A stretch of 61,713 bases of DNA from Candidatus Micrarchaeota archaeon. Lineage in GTDB: Archaea; Micrarchaeota; Micrarchaeia; Burarchaeales; JBFMAP01. The position numbers and the translations under genes were made by a program. Shown here piece by piece: positions 9,221 to 17,902 of this stretch (its first letter is position 1; each line of letters starts with the position of its first letter). The notes beneath the pieces are model-generated. The model worked only from the letters and a program-made list of their open reading frames with translations. It searched no databases and was not told the DNA's origin. Where the stretch lies: NCBI GenBank assembly GCA_964632135.1, contig CAZWEI010000002.1, forward strand, positions 1-61,713, read 5' to 3'.

Positions 9221-9247
9221 ACCAACATAATTTTAGCATTACTAAAA
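9221..9247 (-). repeat. 27-nt dispersed repeat, copy 2 (inverted)
   Basis: The reverse complement reads ttttagtaatgctaaaattatgttggt. It fills the gap between two convergent stop codons and contains the hairpin TTTTAG-cattA-CTAAAA. Confidence 0.6.
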
Positions 9248-9751
9248 TAGTTCTGGCGCTAGTTCCTTTTTGAGCGCTTCTTCATGCTTTTTGATGGACG
9301 CGCGAAGCGCGGTTATTATGAGTGTTAGCTCCGTTGGGTTCTTGCGCTTTTTCTCCGCTTCCGCGCGAAGTTTGGGGACATCCTCGAGCAGAACAATATC
9401 AATATTTTCTTTGAGCGCGCCTAAACGAAGACGTTTTAACTGCTCCTGAATCTCGACGAGCTCGTTTGTCTTATTTCCAACTTCGTTCAGCACTGTCCTT
9501 GCAATCTCATCTCGCGTGTATTTCTTTCCCATTATATTCTGGGTTGCGAAAAAAAACAGTCGCTCATTAACATAATCCATAAAAATTCGCGAGAGAGAAA
9601 GCAGTCCGGCCTCGGTTACCCTTATTGTTGCCCGCCAGTGTATCTCCTGCTTTCCCTCGGCGCGTGGTCCGAGGTGAAGGAAGAAGTCCAATTGTTCGTT
9701 TGGTTTTGGGGGCGGGGGTGTTGCTTTTTTTTCAAGCGTTAGCGAGGCCAT
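9242..9751 (-). CDS. Hypothetical protein
   Basis: 169-aa ORF with coding-like composition. No motif was recognised. Confidence 0.55.
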   Translation of the reverse strand: MASLTLEKKATPPPPKPNEQLDFFLHLGPRAEGKQEIHWRATIRVTEAGLLSLSRIFMDYVNERLFFFATQNIMGKKYTRDEIARTVLNEVGNKTNELVEIQEQLKRLRLGALKENIDIVLLEDVPKLRAEAEKKRKNPTELTLIITALRASIKKHEEALKKELAPELF

Positions 9752-9838
9752 ACCATCCAGTATTATTTATCTTTTCTTTTTTATAATCCTATTGTTTGGC
9801 GCGCAGGGGCGCGCGAAGGAGAGAAAGGTGAGTCTGGG

Positions 9839-10552
9839 ATGAACTTGAGAGCGGTTAACCGTTGCCTTCAGCTCGCTGCCAGCGGCATCGAGACCGAACA
9901 GCTCAGCGCCATCAGAGAAGCTAGGGGGTTTACTGGCGAGCATCCCTTCGCTGTTTTTGCAACTGTTACGAAGCAACCCGCAAATGAGAAGGTTTTGGAG
10001 GAAGTTGTGAAGGCGGCCGTGGGGGTTGGCGGCTTTCACGCGACCAACATGTTTGAGGTATTAGGCAACGACGAAAAGTGGAGGGGCGCGTGTGTTGCGG
10101 GGTTGTTTCTACTTGCTGAAAGATACGCACGGGAATTGGGGCGCAGGAGCATTGACACTAATTTTGATGCACTTGAGAGAATATTGGGCTACAATGCGTT
10201 GTATCGGACCAAAGAGTATAGAGACCTAGTTGACCGGGTGGACCATATATTTTATCTCTACAACGCACAAAGAATTTTAGGTGAGTTGGAGCGTGGTTTG
10301 TCTGCGCAATCCCCTGTGTTCGACTTTGACCACTATTTTACGGCTTTTTTATTGGCTGTACATCGAGCTAAAGAGGAGGGCACGCCGGCGTTGGATAGGG
10401 CAGATGAAACGGTCCGCGCGGAGGTTTACGCTAAAACTGAAGAATTTGAGTTGGTTTATCGTGGAAAGAAGAGAATTGAGGAAGTTTTCAAAACCGTGCC
10501 AAGAGGACTGAACGCGAGGCGGGCTAGGAAGCGAGAGGGTATAACGACGTAG
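9839..10552 (+). CDS. Hypothetical protein
   Basis: 237-aa ORF. An SD-like ggagagaaaggtga lies upstream of the ATG. No motif was recognised. Confidence 0.55.
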   Translation: MNLRAVNRCLQLAASGIETEQLSAIREARGFTGEHPFAVFATVTKQPANEKVLEEVVKAAVGVGGFHATNMFEVLGNDEKWRGACVAGLFLLAERYARELGRRSIDTNFDALERILGYNALYRTKEYRDLVDRVDHIFYLYNAQRILGELERGLSAQSPVFDFDHYFTAFLLAVHRAKEEGTPALDRADETVRAEVYAKTEEFELVYRGKKRIEEVFKTVPRGLNARRARKREGITT

Positions 10553-10570
10553 TTTAGTGGGGAGTTGAAC

Positions 10571-11683
10571 ATGGGCATAGGCGACAAGATAAGGGAAATC
10601 GAGGACGAGATGAAGAGGACGCAGTACCACAAGGGCACTGAGCACCATTTCGGGATGCTGAAGGCGAAACTCGCGAAACTGAAGAAGGAGATGACAAAGC
10701 CTAGCGGCAAGGGGAAGGGCGGCGGGTTCGACATAAGGAGGAGTGGGGACGCGAGCGTTGTTATCATTGGGTTTCCGTCTGTGGGGAAATCCACTTTGCT
10801 GAACGCGCTCACGAGCGCGGAATCGAAGGTGGCTGCGTATGAATTCACGACGCTGAGCGTCGTGCCAGGCGTGATGATGCACAAGGGCGCGCGCATACAA
10901 ATCTTGGATTTGCCAGGAATCCTTGAGGGCGCGAGCGAGGGGCGCGGAAGGGGGAAGGAAGTGTTATCTGTTGCGAGGGGCGCGGATTTGATATTGATTC
11001 TACTGGACGCGTTCGGCGTGAAGAAGTTTGATGTGATAAAAAAGGAACTTCATGAGATGGGAATAAGGATAAACGCGCATCCTCCGCATGTCGTGATAAC
11101 GCCGACGAAAAAGGACGGGGTGAACGTGAGCAGCACCGTGAAGATGACGAAACTGGACGAAAAAATGATACAGGATGTTCTGGGCGTTTACAGCATTTAC
11201 AACGCGAACGTGGTCCTGCGCGAGGACGTTGATGTTGACGGGTTTATCGATGTCGTGGTTGGAAACAGGAGGTACGTACCGGCGCTCGTAGTGGTTGCGA
11301 AAATCGATTTGGTCGACGAGAAAACGCGCGAGGCCATTCGGAGGGAACTCGTGGCAAAGGGAGAGGGCGCGGTTCTCGTATCCGCCGAGAAAAAAATCGG
11401 GATCAAGGAGTTGCGGGATAAGATTTATGATAAGTTGGATTTGATGCGCGTCTACACGCGGCCCTGGAAGGGCGAGGCTGATTTGGACGAGCCGATGATA
11501 ATAAGGAGGGGGGCTGATGTCGAGGAGGTGTGCGGTAAGCTTCACAGGGGTTTGAAGGAGGAGTTCAAGCACGCGTTCATCTGGGGCAAATCAGTTAGAT
11601 TCGGAGGGCAGAAGGTTGGCTTGAAGCACGTGCTGCAGGATGGGGACGTTGTGATGGTAATAAAAAGAAGGGGAGGGGAGTGA
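10571..11683 (+). CDS. DRG/OBG-family GTPase with C-terminal TGS domain
   Basis: G1 GFPSVGKST, G3 DLPG, plus the typical DRG N-terminus (IEDEMKRTQYHKGTEHHFGMLKAKLAKL) and a TGS-like C-terminus. ATG 10571 is preferred over TTG 10565. Confidence 0.9.
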   Translation: MGIGDKIREIEDEMKRTQYHKGTEHHFGMLKAKLAKLKKEMTKPSGKGKGGGFDIRRSGDASVVIIGFPSVGKSTLLNALTSAESKVAAYEFTTLSVVPGVMMHKGARIQILDLPGILEGASEGRGRGKEVLSVARGADLILILLDAFGVKKFDVIKKELHEMGIRINAHPPHVVITPTKKDGVNVSSTVKMTKLDEKMIQDVLGVYSIYNANVVLREDVDVDGFIDVVVGNRRYVPALVVVAKIDLVDEKTREAIRRELVAKGEGAVLVSAEKKIGIKELRDKIYDKLDLMRVYTRPWKGEADLDEPMIIRRGADVEEVCGKLHRGLKEEFKHAFIWGKSVRFGGQKVGLKHVLQDGDVVMVIKRRGGE

Positions 11684-11696
11684 GCGCATCTCTGTT

Positions 11697-12401
11697 CTAA
11701 TGAGGTTGAAAGTTTTTTTTCTTCTCTAGTTTGTTTTGTCCTAGCGCTTTTTTGACTGTGTCTCTTAGGTCTGCTTTGCCGTGTAATACGAGCTTCAAAT
11801 CTTCTGCAGCCGCTTGTAGTTTGTTATACCGTTCCTTGTCTTTCTCGCTCGCTTTTTCTGGAAGCCCCATTTTACTTAATTTTTCAACTTTTTCTAAAAA
11901 TTTATTGACATCTGACGCGTATATGGGAAAAAGGGTATCATTCATTTCTTTTAGGATGCCGTATGCCACCGTCAACTCATACCTAAATTGAATTTTATCA
12001 CGCTCTTCGTTTATGCGCTTTTCTGCGTCCCCTATGTTTTTTATTTTTTCCTCAGCAATTTCCAAATACTCGCGCATTAAGCTATTGTTGCCTTCTCGTG
12101 CACTTAATCCTGCGAGACCAAAGAATGCCATTGCAGCAATCTTTGGATTTTCGTGCTCCCTTGCCCTGAGGAATATGCCCGCTGCTTCTTCGTGGTCTAG
12201 CTGGTCAATCGCCTTTACAGCCATATCCAAAATATTGCCGTCGGCGGGATTTCTTAAAACAAGGTCTAGAATTGAAATTGCGGTTTGCGGGTCTGATGCA
12301 GCGCGTTTCACCGCGTCCTGAACTGCTATACTTTGAGCTTCTGGAACTGGGCTCCCGGCGCGTAAGATGAGTATACTTTTTTCCATATCGACTTTTGACA
12401 C
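11697..12401 (-). CDS. HEAT/ARM-like helical protein, paralog of 8050..9219
   Basis: ORF 11697..12410. Start moved to the second GTG (12401) by analogy with GGTGGTTTTGTG at 8050. It shares NPKIAAMAFFGLAGLSAREG, IQFRYEL and EKDKERYNKLQAAAEDLKLVLHG with the other paralog. Confidence 0.6.
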   Translation of the reverse strand: MSKVDMEKSILILRAGSPVPEAQSIAVQDAVKRAASDPQTAISILDLVLRNPADGNILDMAVKAIDQLDHEEAAGIFLRAREHENPKIAAMAFFGLAGLSAREGNNSLMREYLEIAEEKIKNIGDAEKRINEERDKIQFRYELTVAYGILKEMNDTLFPIYASDVNKFLEKVEKLSKMGLPEKASEKDKERYNKLQAAAEDLKLVLHGKADLRDTVKKALGQNKLEKKKNFQPH

Positions 12402-12436
12402 AAAAACCACCTTGTAGAATAAGTAATAGTTTATGC
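12402..12436 (-). promoter_or_regulatory. Shared promoter/5'UTR module
   Basis: The minus strand reads gcataaactattacttattctacaaggtggttttt, followed by the GTG. Confidence 0.45.
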
Positions 12437-12465
12437 ATGAACGGATTTATATTACTTGCGCGCGA

Positions 12466-14727
12466 CTAAACCGAGCGCAACTCTGCTTCGACGAAGTCCT
12501 TGAATTTTTGCATCCAAATTGGCTCCACGTCTTTGTAATCGATCGAGCCGTTCTCCTGCTCCTTTTCAGCGAGGAGGAGGTTCGCCTCCGAGTTGCATTT
12601 GAGCACGAAATCTATTTCCGTGAGTTGCGGCGCGTTGAGCGCGTTCGAAGCCTTCGCTATGTCCGAGTAAATCTTGCCCTTGAAAAATGCCTGGAGTATG
12701 TTTTGAAGCGGGGTGAGGCCTGCCTCCTCGCTGCGGCGCTGGAGGACCGGGGGTATGTAGTTCACGTTCAGGTTTTCCTCGAGACTCGCGATGCTCGTGT
12801 TGCTCAGCGACCACGCGGACGCCTCGGGGTTCGCGATGAAGTTGCATTGAAGAGAGGAGGTTTCTGGCGAAGTGCCGCGCTTGTACGTGAAAAGTTCTAT
12901 GAACTGGCGGCGCTCTGCGTCGGTTTCGAGGAGTTGCGCGAGAACGCGGTGGACTGGTCCTCTTCGCTTGAATTTTATTTTTTTCAGGAATGAGAAGCGC
13001 TCTGTTGTGAAAAGCGAGGCAGCAGGAACGCCGAAAACAGTCTCGAGGCGGTCCTGAACGTCCTTTATGCTCTGGCCGTGGAGGTTGTAAAGACAGAAAA
13101 CGCCGGTTTGCGTGTTGAGCAGATTGATGAGCCCCTGTATCGCGAGGCGAGAGCGGAGCTCGTTCACGATGAGGCAGGAGTCGCCCATTCTCAGCGAGGC
13201 GTTCGCCATTGTGAGAAGAGACAGTTCTTTCGAGGATTCTGCTTCCTGATCAGAACTTTGAACGTGCATCGCGCCTATGTGGAACCCGCGCTTCCGGTAC
13301 GCGCGCACAGGAATCTCCTCTATGTCCTGAATCGGGAGTATGCGTTTCTTCGTGCCGATGGAGATTATTTTCGCTGCCGTAAACGCGGTTTTTCCAACTC
13401 CTTTCAAGCCGAGAACTGCTTCGGAGCAGCCGAGGCCGACCATCAAATCGTCGTAGCCAGCGTAGAACGGCGTGAGGCTGCAGAGCTGGATGTACTGTGG
13501 GTACGTGAATGGCGTTTCCTTGTTGACGCGGATTGCGAGTTGGAGTTCGCCGAAAGTCGCGGGCGGGCCCTGTATGTGGCAGCGCAGCCCGAGGCGGTTG
13601 AACATCGTGTCGAGAATCGGGTTCTTGAAATCGAACCTGCGCGATTCTTTCATCGTTGCCGCGATGTTGTGGACCGCGCGCTCCAGAAGTTCCTTGTTGT
13701 ATCTCCAGAGCGTGTGGCACAAACCGAACTTCGCGTGTTCGATGTAGATTGGCGAGTTCTCGCTGTCGAGATAGATGTCGGTTATGTTGTTCCTGTCGAG
13801 CGCCATGTTTTCAATCGGGCTTCCGAGACCGACGACCCAGTTCGCCGCCTCCCTGCCCATCGCCATCGCCTCCTGGAGGGAAAGCGGAACGCCCTGCGTG
13901 GCGGCCATGTCGATGAATTGCTGGCGGTACGCGCGCACCTTAGCATCATACGCAGCCGCGGGGTCTATAACCTCCTCGCGAGAGGACATCCCCACGTCTA
14001 TCGCCTGTTTGAGCATTTTCTGCAGTTGCGGTGAGAGGCTCTGGATGAGGCTGTTCTCGTGTGTGTAGAGGTTCGCCTCGGATTTTTCGAGCGAGTAGAG
14101 TTTTGCGGTTATTCCAAACCCCAAATCATAAACCGCGCCAGGCTCTGTCAATGGTTTTGCATCGGGCGGGAGTTCGAACATCAGCGAGTCGATGAACTGG
14201 AAACTCTTCAGCCCCGCAAGCGAGGCGAACGCCGCGCGCACGTCCTTGTATTTTGAAACGAGTTTGTAGAACTCCGTCGAGGAAATTTTTTCGGAGACGT
14301 TTGCGAGATATGTGGAGAATTTGTGATAGCCGTCCATGAAAATGCCTTTCGTCGGCTCTGGCTCGTGGTAGTCTTTTATCATCTGGAGCGTGAGGACTGG
14401 GCTCATGAAAAGCGCTTCGAACATTTTTTCCAGGAATTTCTTCCGTATGGGGTGGTAGTCGTCTTCCTTGCGGCCGTATGATGCTGGATCGGACATGACG
14501 CGCTCGACTTCGCGGATCAGGTTTGCGTATTCCATTATTACGCGCGTCTTTTCCTCGTTGAACTCGATTATTGTTTCCTCCTCGTATCGCATCGTCTTGA
14601 TGTCGACGTCGGTGAGCATGCTGAGGTCGTGGAGCTGGCTGTTAATGCATTTCGCGCTGAACATCTCGAAAGGGCAGGAGGCGCAGTCCATTACCGCGCG
14701 CGTCCCCTGTACCGAGAGCTTGCACAT
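12466..14727 (-). CDS. Type II/IV secretion (PilB/VirB11/ArlI-family) ATPase, long form
   Basis: 753-aa ORF with Walker A GLKGVGKT, the RMGDSCLIVNELRS (Asp/Walker B box region) and TGVFCLYNLHG (His box). It has a long N-terminal extension with a Cys cluster (CASCPFEMFSAKC). Confidence 0.85.
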   Translation of the reverse strand: MCKLSVQGTRAVMDCASCPFEMFSAKCINSQLHDLSMLTDVDIKTMRYEEETIIEFNEEKTRVIMEYANLIREVERVMSDPASYGRKEDDYHPIRKKFLEKMFEALFMSPVLTLQMIKDYHEPEPTKGIFMDGYHKFSTYLANVSEKISSTEFYKLVSKYKDVRAAFASLAGLKSFQFIDSLMFELPPDAKPLTEPGAVYDLGFGITAKLYSLEKSEANLYTHENSLIQSLSPQLQKMLKQAIDVGMSSREEVIDPAAAYDAKVRAYRQQFIDMAATQGVPLSLQEAMAMGREAANWVVGLGSPIENMALDRNNITDIYLDSENSPIYIEHAKFGLCHTLWRYNKELLERAVHNIAATMKESRRFDFKNPILDTMFNRLGLRCHIQGPPATFGELQLAIRVNKETPFTYPQYIQLCSLTPFYAGYDDLMVGLGCSEAVLGLKGVGKTAFTAAKIISIGTKKRILPIQDIEEIPVRAYRKRGFHIGAMHVQSSDQEAESSKELSLLTMANASLRMGDSCLIVNELRSRLAIQGLINLLNTQTGVFCLYNLHGQSIKDVQDRLETVFGVPAASLFTTERFSFLKKIKFKRRGPVHRVLAQLLETDAERRQFIELFTYKRGTSPETSSLQCNFIANPEASAWSLSNTSIASLEENLNVNYIPPVLQRRSEEAGLTPLQNILQAFFKGKIYSDIAKASNALNAPQLTEIDFVLKCNSEANLLLAEKEQENGSIDYKDVEPIWMQKFKDFVEAELRSV

Positions 14728-14780
14728 ATCTGAAGTTAAAAAGGAGGAGGTTTTTATTCGTTGTTATTCGCGCGCAGGTT

Positions 14781-15674
14781 TCACATTGCTTGCAGCCTCT
14801 TTATTCTTTCCTCTATTGGCGGGTGCGTGGCGAGCAGGCCGCCGATGTTGAGGCCGCGTTTGAATGGGTTCACGATGAAGAGCGTGGCCGTCGCGTCGTT
14901 CGCCGTGTGAAGTTTGTTCGCGTCCTTTGATATTTTCTCGAGCGCGCTCGCAAGCCCTTCTGGGTGGCGCGTGAGGAGCGCGCCGTCAGCGTCCGCGAGG
15001 TATTCCCTCTGCCTCGAGAGCGCGAGCCGCAGCAGTTGGGTGAGAAAAGGCGCGAGAACTGCGAAGAAAATTCCGATCACGAACAGGACGACGAGCGCGC
15101 CGCCTCCCCGCCTGCCCCCGCTCCCACCTCTCCCGCGCCAGTAAAAACCGCGCAGGATGAAGTTGCTTAGAATCGAGGCGACTCCGACGAGCACGACCGC
15201 AAGCGTCGCGAGCCGTATATCGTAATTTTTGATGTGCGACATCTCGTGCCCGAGCACGCCCTCGAGCTCGTACCGGTCGAGTTTCTGCAGGAGCCCTGTC
15301 GTGACCGCGATCGCGCTGTGGTCCGGGTCGCGGCCGGTCGCAAACGCATTGGGCGCTGGGTCGTCTATCACGTACGCGCGCGGCGGCGTTCTGAAGCCCG
15401 CAGCAATCGAAAGACCCTCAATCGTGTTTATGAGGTGGGGGAATTCCTCCTTTGGCGCAGGGCGCGCGTTGCTTATTTTCAGCACTATGGAATCGCTGTA
15501 GTAATAACCCCCGAACGCCGAAACCGAGGCGAGAACGAGGGCGAGCAGAAGCCCGAAATAGCCGAGCGCGAACAACTCGCCGAAAACATAGCCGAGCGCC
15601 AAGATTACGAGAACGAAAACGATGATTAAAAGCAGTGACTTTCTCCTATTGCTTTCTATTTGTTGGTAGAGCAT
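14781..15674 (-). CDS. htpX: HtpX-family M48 zinc metalloprotease
   Basis: ORF 14781..15779 trimmed to ATG 15674 (MLYQQIESNRRKS). It has the HEMSHIKN zinc motif, NAFATG, several TM spans and a THPPIEERI C-terminus. Confidence 0.9.
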   Translation of the reverse strand: MLYQQIESNRRKSLLLIIVFVLVILALGYVFGELFALGYFGLLLALVLASVSAFGGYYYSDSIVLKISNARPAPKEEFPHLINTIEGLSIAAGFRTPPRAYVIDDPAPNAFATGRDPDHSAIAVTTGLLQKLDRYELEGVLGHEMSHIKNYDIRLATLAVVLVGVASILSNFILRGFYWRGRGGSGGRRGGGALVVLFVIGIFFAVLAPFLTQLLRLALSRQREYLADADGALLTRHPEGLASALEKISKDANKLHTANDATATLFIVNPFKRGLNIGGLLATHPPIEERIKRLQAM

Positions 15675-15702
15675 TGGACCGCCGTGTGCCGCAGTTCGCC
15701 GG

Positions 15703-16257
15703 CTAGAAGGAAACCGTGACTGCTTTCCTCTCCTTGCCCTCGATTTCGAAATACTCGCGCTGGCCGAAACTAAACGCACCCGCGATTAGATTCGAGGGGA
15801 AGGATTGGATTTTGATGTTGTACTCCATCACGCTGTCGTTGTAGAACTGGCGCGAGTAGGCGATTTTGCTTTCAGTGCCGGCGAGCTCCTCCTGAAGCAT
15901 CTTGAAGTTTTCGTTCGCGCGCAGTTGAGGGTAGGCCTCGGCAACCGCGAAAAGGGATTTTAGCGCGTTCGTGAGAAGATCGTTCGCCGCCGCGCGCTCC
16001 TTCATCGTCGTCGCGCCCATCATTTGCGAGCGCGCCTTCGTGACCATCTCGAAAGTGGACTTCTCGTGCTTCGCGTAGCCCTTCACCGTCTCCACGAGGT
16101 TTGGGATGAGGTCGTACCTCCTCTTTAACTGGACGTCTATCTGATGCCAGGCGTTGTCTATGCGGTTGCGCAGCGTCACGAGGGAGTTGTATACCAGCAC
16201 GACCGCGAGAACGACGAGCGCCACCAGAACGATTAAACCCAAGAACAACGGATCCAT
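15703..16257 (-). CDS. lemA: LemA family protein
   Basis: 184-aa ORF with an N-terminal TM followed by [43 protein letters not shown], the hallmark LemA sequence. Confidence 0.9.
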   Translation of the reverse strand: MDPLFLGLIVLVALVVLAVVLVYNSLVTLRNRIDNAWHQIDVQLKRRYDLIPNLVETVKGYAKHEKSTFEMVTKARSQMMGATTMKERAAANDLLTNALKSLFAVAEAYPQLRANENFKMLQEELAGTESKIAYSRQFYNDSVMEYNIKIQSFPSNLIAGAFSFGQREYFEIEGKERKAVTVSF

Positions 16258-16329
16258 AAGACCACCGATAGAATTAAGTAGATGAGTTTAAAATAATTTT
16301 GGGTAAAGAAGTTATGCGTTGGTGGGAAA

Positions 16330-16743
16330 ATGGGTTTGTTGGATATGTTTGGTAAGAAGGACATCGGCGACGAGCTAACCAAGAAGATACCTTACGATTT
16401 GAAACTGCACTTCAACCCGTACCGGCTGATCGCACGCAAAAGCGAGTCCGTGGAATTGCGAATAGCGCTCAAAAACCTCAGGGAGGAGCGCGTCCTGACG
16501 TCCGTCGTAGTCGAAGCGCCGAGGAGCCTTGGGTTCGACCAAACCGGTCTCGCGAAGGTGAGGGAGGTCCGTCTCGGGTATATGGGCCCGTTCGAGGAGA
16601 AGGAGGTCGTTGTCGACGTCTGGGGCAACCAGCTCACCGCGCCGGGGGAGCACCCGATTTCGGTGACCGCGTTCTGCCATTATAGGGATTACGCCCATAT
16701 TTTAAACTCGGAAAGAAAACGGCTCGCGTTGCGCGCGGTGTGA
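16330..16743 (+). CDS. Hypothetical protein (beta-rich)
   Basis: 137-aa ORF. No motif was recognised. Confidence 0.55.
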   Translation: MGLLDMFGKKDIGDELTKKIPYDLKLHFNPYRLIARKSESVELRIALKNLREERVLTSVVVEAPRSLGFDQTGLAKVREVRLGYMGPFEEKEVVVDVWGNQLTAPGEHPISVTAFCHYRDYAHILNSERKRLALRAV

Positions 16744-17103
16744 TTACTTTTTCTCTTCCTTTGCTTCTTTCGTTTCCTTTTGCTCTTTTTCCTTGACTTC
16801 CTTCATATCTTTTTCTTTTTGCGCCAGCACCGCCGGCGCGGGGGGGGTTAGCTTCACCATGAGCTCGTCGAGGAGGCTCGTGATTGTTAATCCTTTTTCG
16901 GTTAATTTCACGTGTTTTGCCCTGCCCTTGCGCTCGAACGACACCAGACCGTCCTTCTCGAATTTGCGGAGTGTTTTTGTCGTGTGGACGTAGGAGAGGC
17001 CCGCGCGGCGCGCGGCGCCGGAGAGGTTCCAGGTCGTGGCGGTATCTTTTAGCATGGAGAGCAGCGCGGCGGGTTTTGTGTGCAGGAGGGTTTCTTTGGG
17101 CAT
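16744..17103 (-). CDS. Winged-helix transcriptional regulator with K/E-rich tail
   Basis: NLSGAARRAGLSYVHTTKTLRKFEKDGLVSFERKGRAKHVKLTEKG is a classic HTH plus wing. It encodes 119 aa. Confidence 0.7.
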   Translation of the reverse strand: MPKETLLHTKPAALLSMLKDTATTWNLSGAARRAGLSYVHTTKTLRKFEKDGLVSFERKGRAKHVKLTEKGLTITSLLDELMVKLTPPAPAVLAQKEKDMKEVKEKEQKETKEAKEEKK

Positions 17104-17169
17104 GCGAATACCGGAAGTAGTAAGGTTTTTAAATATATAAAATAAAAGGTTGGTGTTGAAGGTGGTTGG

Positions 17170-17490
17170 ATGAGCATGAAATTGTCTAGATTGTACGGCA
17201 TGGATATTTACACCGACGGCGGAAAGTTTTTGGGTATTGTGCAGGACCTTATTCTTGATTTGGAGAAAGGTGAGGTTGTCCGGATGACGATGGAGCCGCT
17301 CCAGAGCATTTCCAGGGACGAGGCGAAGAGGATACTGAAGGAGAGGAGCGTCCTGTACAAAAACGTACGCTCGGTTGAGGATGTTGTCGTCGTGTCAAAA
17401 CAGAGCTCGGCACCCCAGCAGATGGTTGAAGAGTTCGCTGAGAAAAGCGAAGGCCGGAGCGGGCTGGGTTTCGGCGGGTTTAGGAGATAG
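17170..17490 (+). CDS. PRC-barrel domain protein
   Basis: LYGMDIYTDGGKFLGIVQDLILDLEKGEVV...VEDVVVV has the typical archaeal PRC-barrel pattern. Confidence 0.65.
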   Translation: MSMKLSRLYGMDIYTDGGKFLGIVQDLILDLEKGEVVRMTMEPLQSISRDEAKRILKERSVLYKNVRSVEDVVVVSKQSSAPQQMVEEFAEKSEGRSGLGFGGFRR

Positions 17491-17556
17491 CCCCCCGCGC
17501 TTCCGCTATTGCTCCTTTTGTTTAATTGGTTCCTTTTATTTAGAGGGGGTTGGTTG

Positions 17557-17793
17557 TTAGAACACACGGGTTATTTTTTGTGTTTTTATTTTGTATAGCC
17601 GTATGGCTCCCTTCCATTTTTTAAAAAAAACATCGGCATTTTTTTCAAGTTTAGACGGAACCGCAAGAACGGACTTCGTCTTCCAGTTTGAGCTGGGAAG
17701 AATTGAATTTTTTAATTGGTAGTAGAAGCGACGCTTTGTAGTGTTGTATCTTTGTGGATTTTTTGCTTTAAGGTCAAAAAAATAAATAATCAT
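17557..17793 (-). CDS. Small basic protein with a Cas2-like/ferredoxin-fold sequence pattern (speculative)
   Basis: 78-aa ORF in a stretch that looks AT-rich by eye, next to a tRNA. The IIYFFDL...KRRFYYQLKN...KSVLAVP...IRLYKI spacing resembles Cas2/PaaX-C-like proteins. No CRISPR array is nearby. Confidence 0.3.
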   Translation of the reverse strand: MIIYFFDLKAKNPQRYNTTKRRFYYQLKNSILPSSNWKTKSVLAVPSKLEKNADVFFKKWKGAIRLYKIKTQKITRVF

Positions 17794-17794
17794 A

Positions 17795-17810
17795 TGTAAC
17801 TATAGTTACA
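17795..17810. repeat. Perfect 16-nt palindrome TGTAACTATAGTTACA
   Basis: Read directly. It lies 2 nt upstream of the start codon of 17557..17793. Confidence 0.7.
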
Positions 17811-17902
17811 ACAACAATTTAAACCTTTGTTTTTTGTTATTTTACATCAAGATAGTTTAGTGGAAGCGGGGGGCCCGCCCCGCGCGCAAAATTATAAAAA
17901 AG

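Noticed and set aside
13078-14034. A 318-aa plus-strand ORF, with other ORFs antisense within 12433..14256.
   Set aside because: It lies entirely inside the well-supported secretion-ATPase gene on the opposite strand. Its Arg/Ala-rich composition marks it as a shadow ORF.
16330-16380. The N-termini MGLLDMFGKK (16330) and MGLLDAIKNFFGKGKK (51693) look alike.
   Set aside because: The similarity is limited to ~10 residues of a probable amphipathic or flexible N-terminus. The remainder of the two proteins is unrelated (a beta-rich protein versus a zinc-ribbon protein), so this is too little to claim a shared targeting signal.
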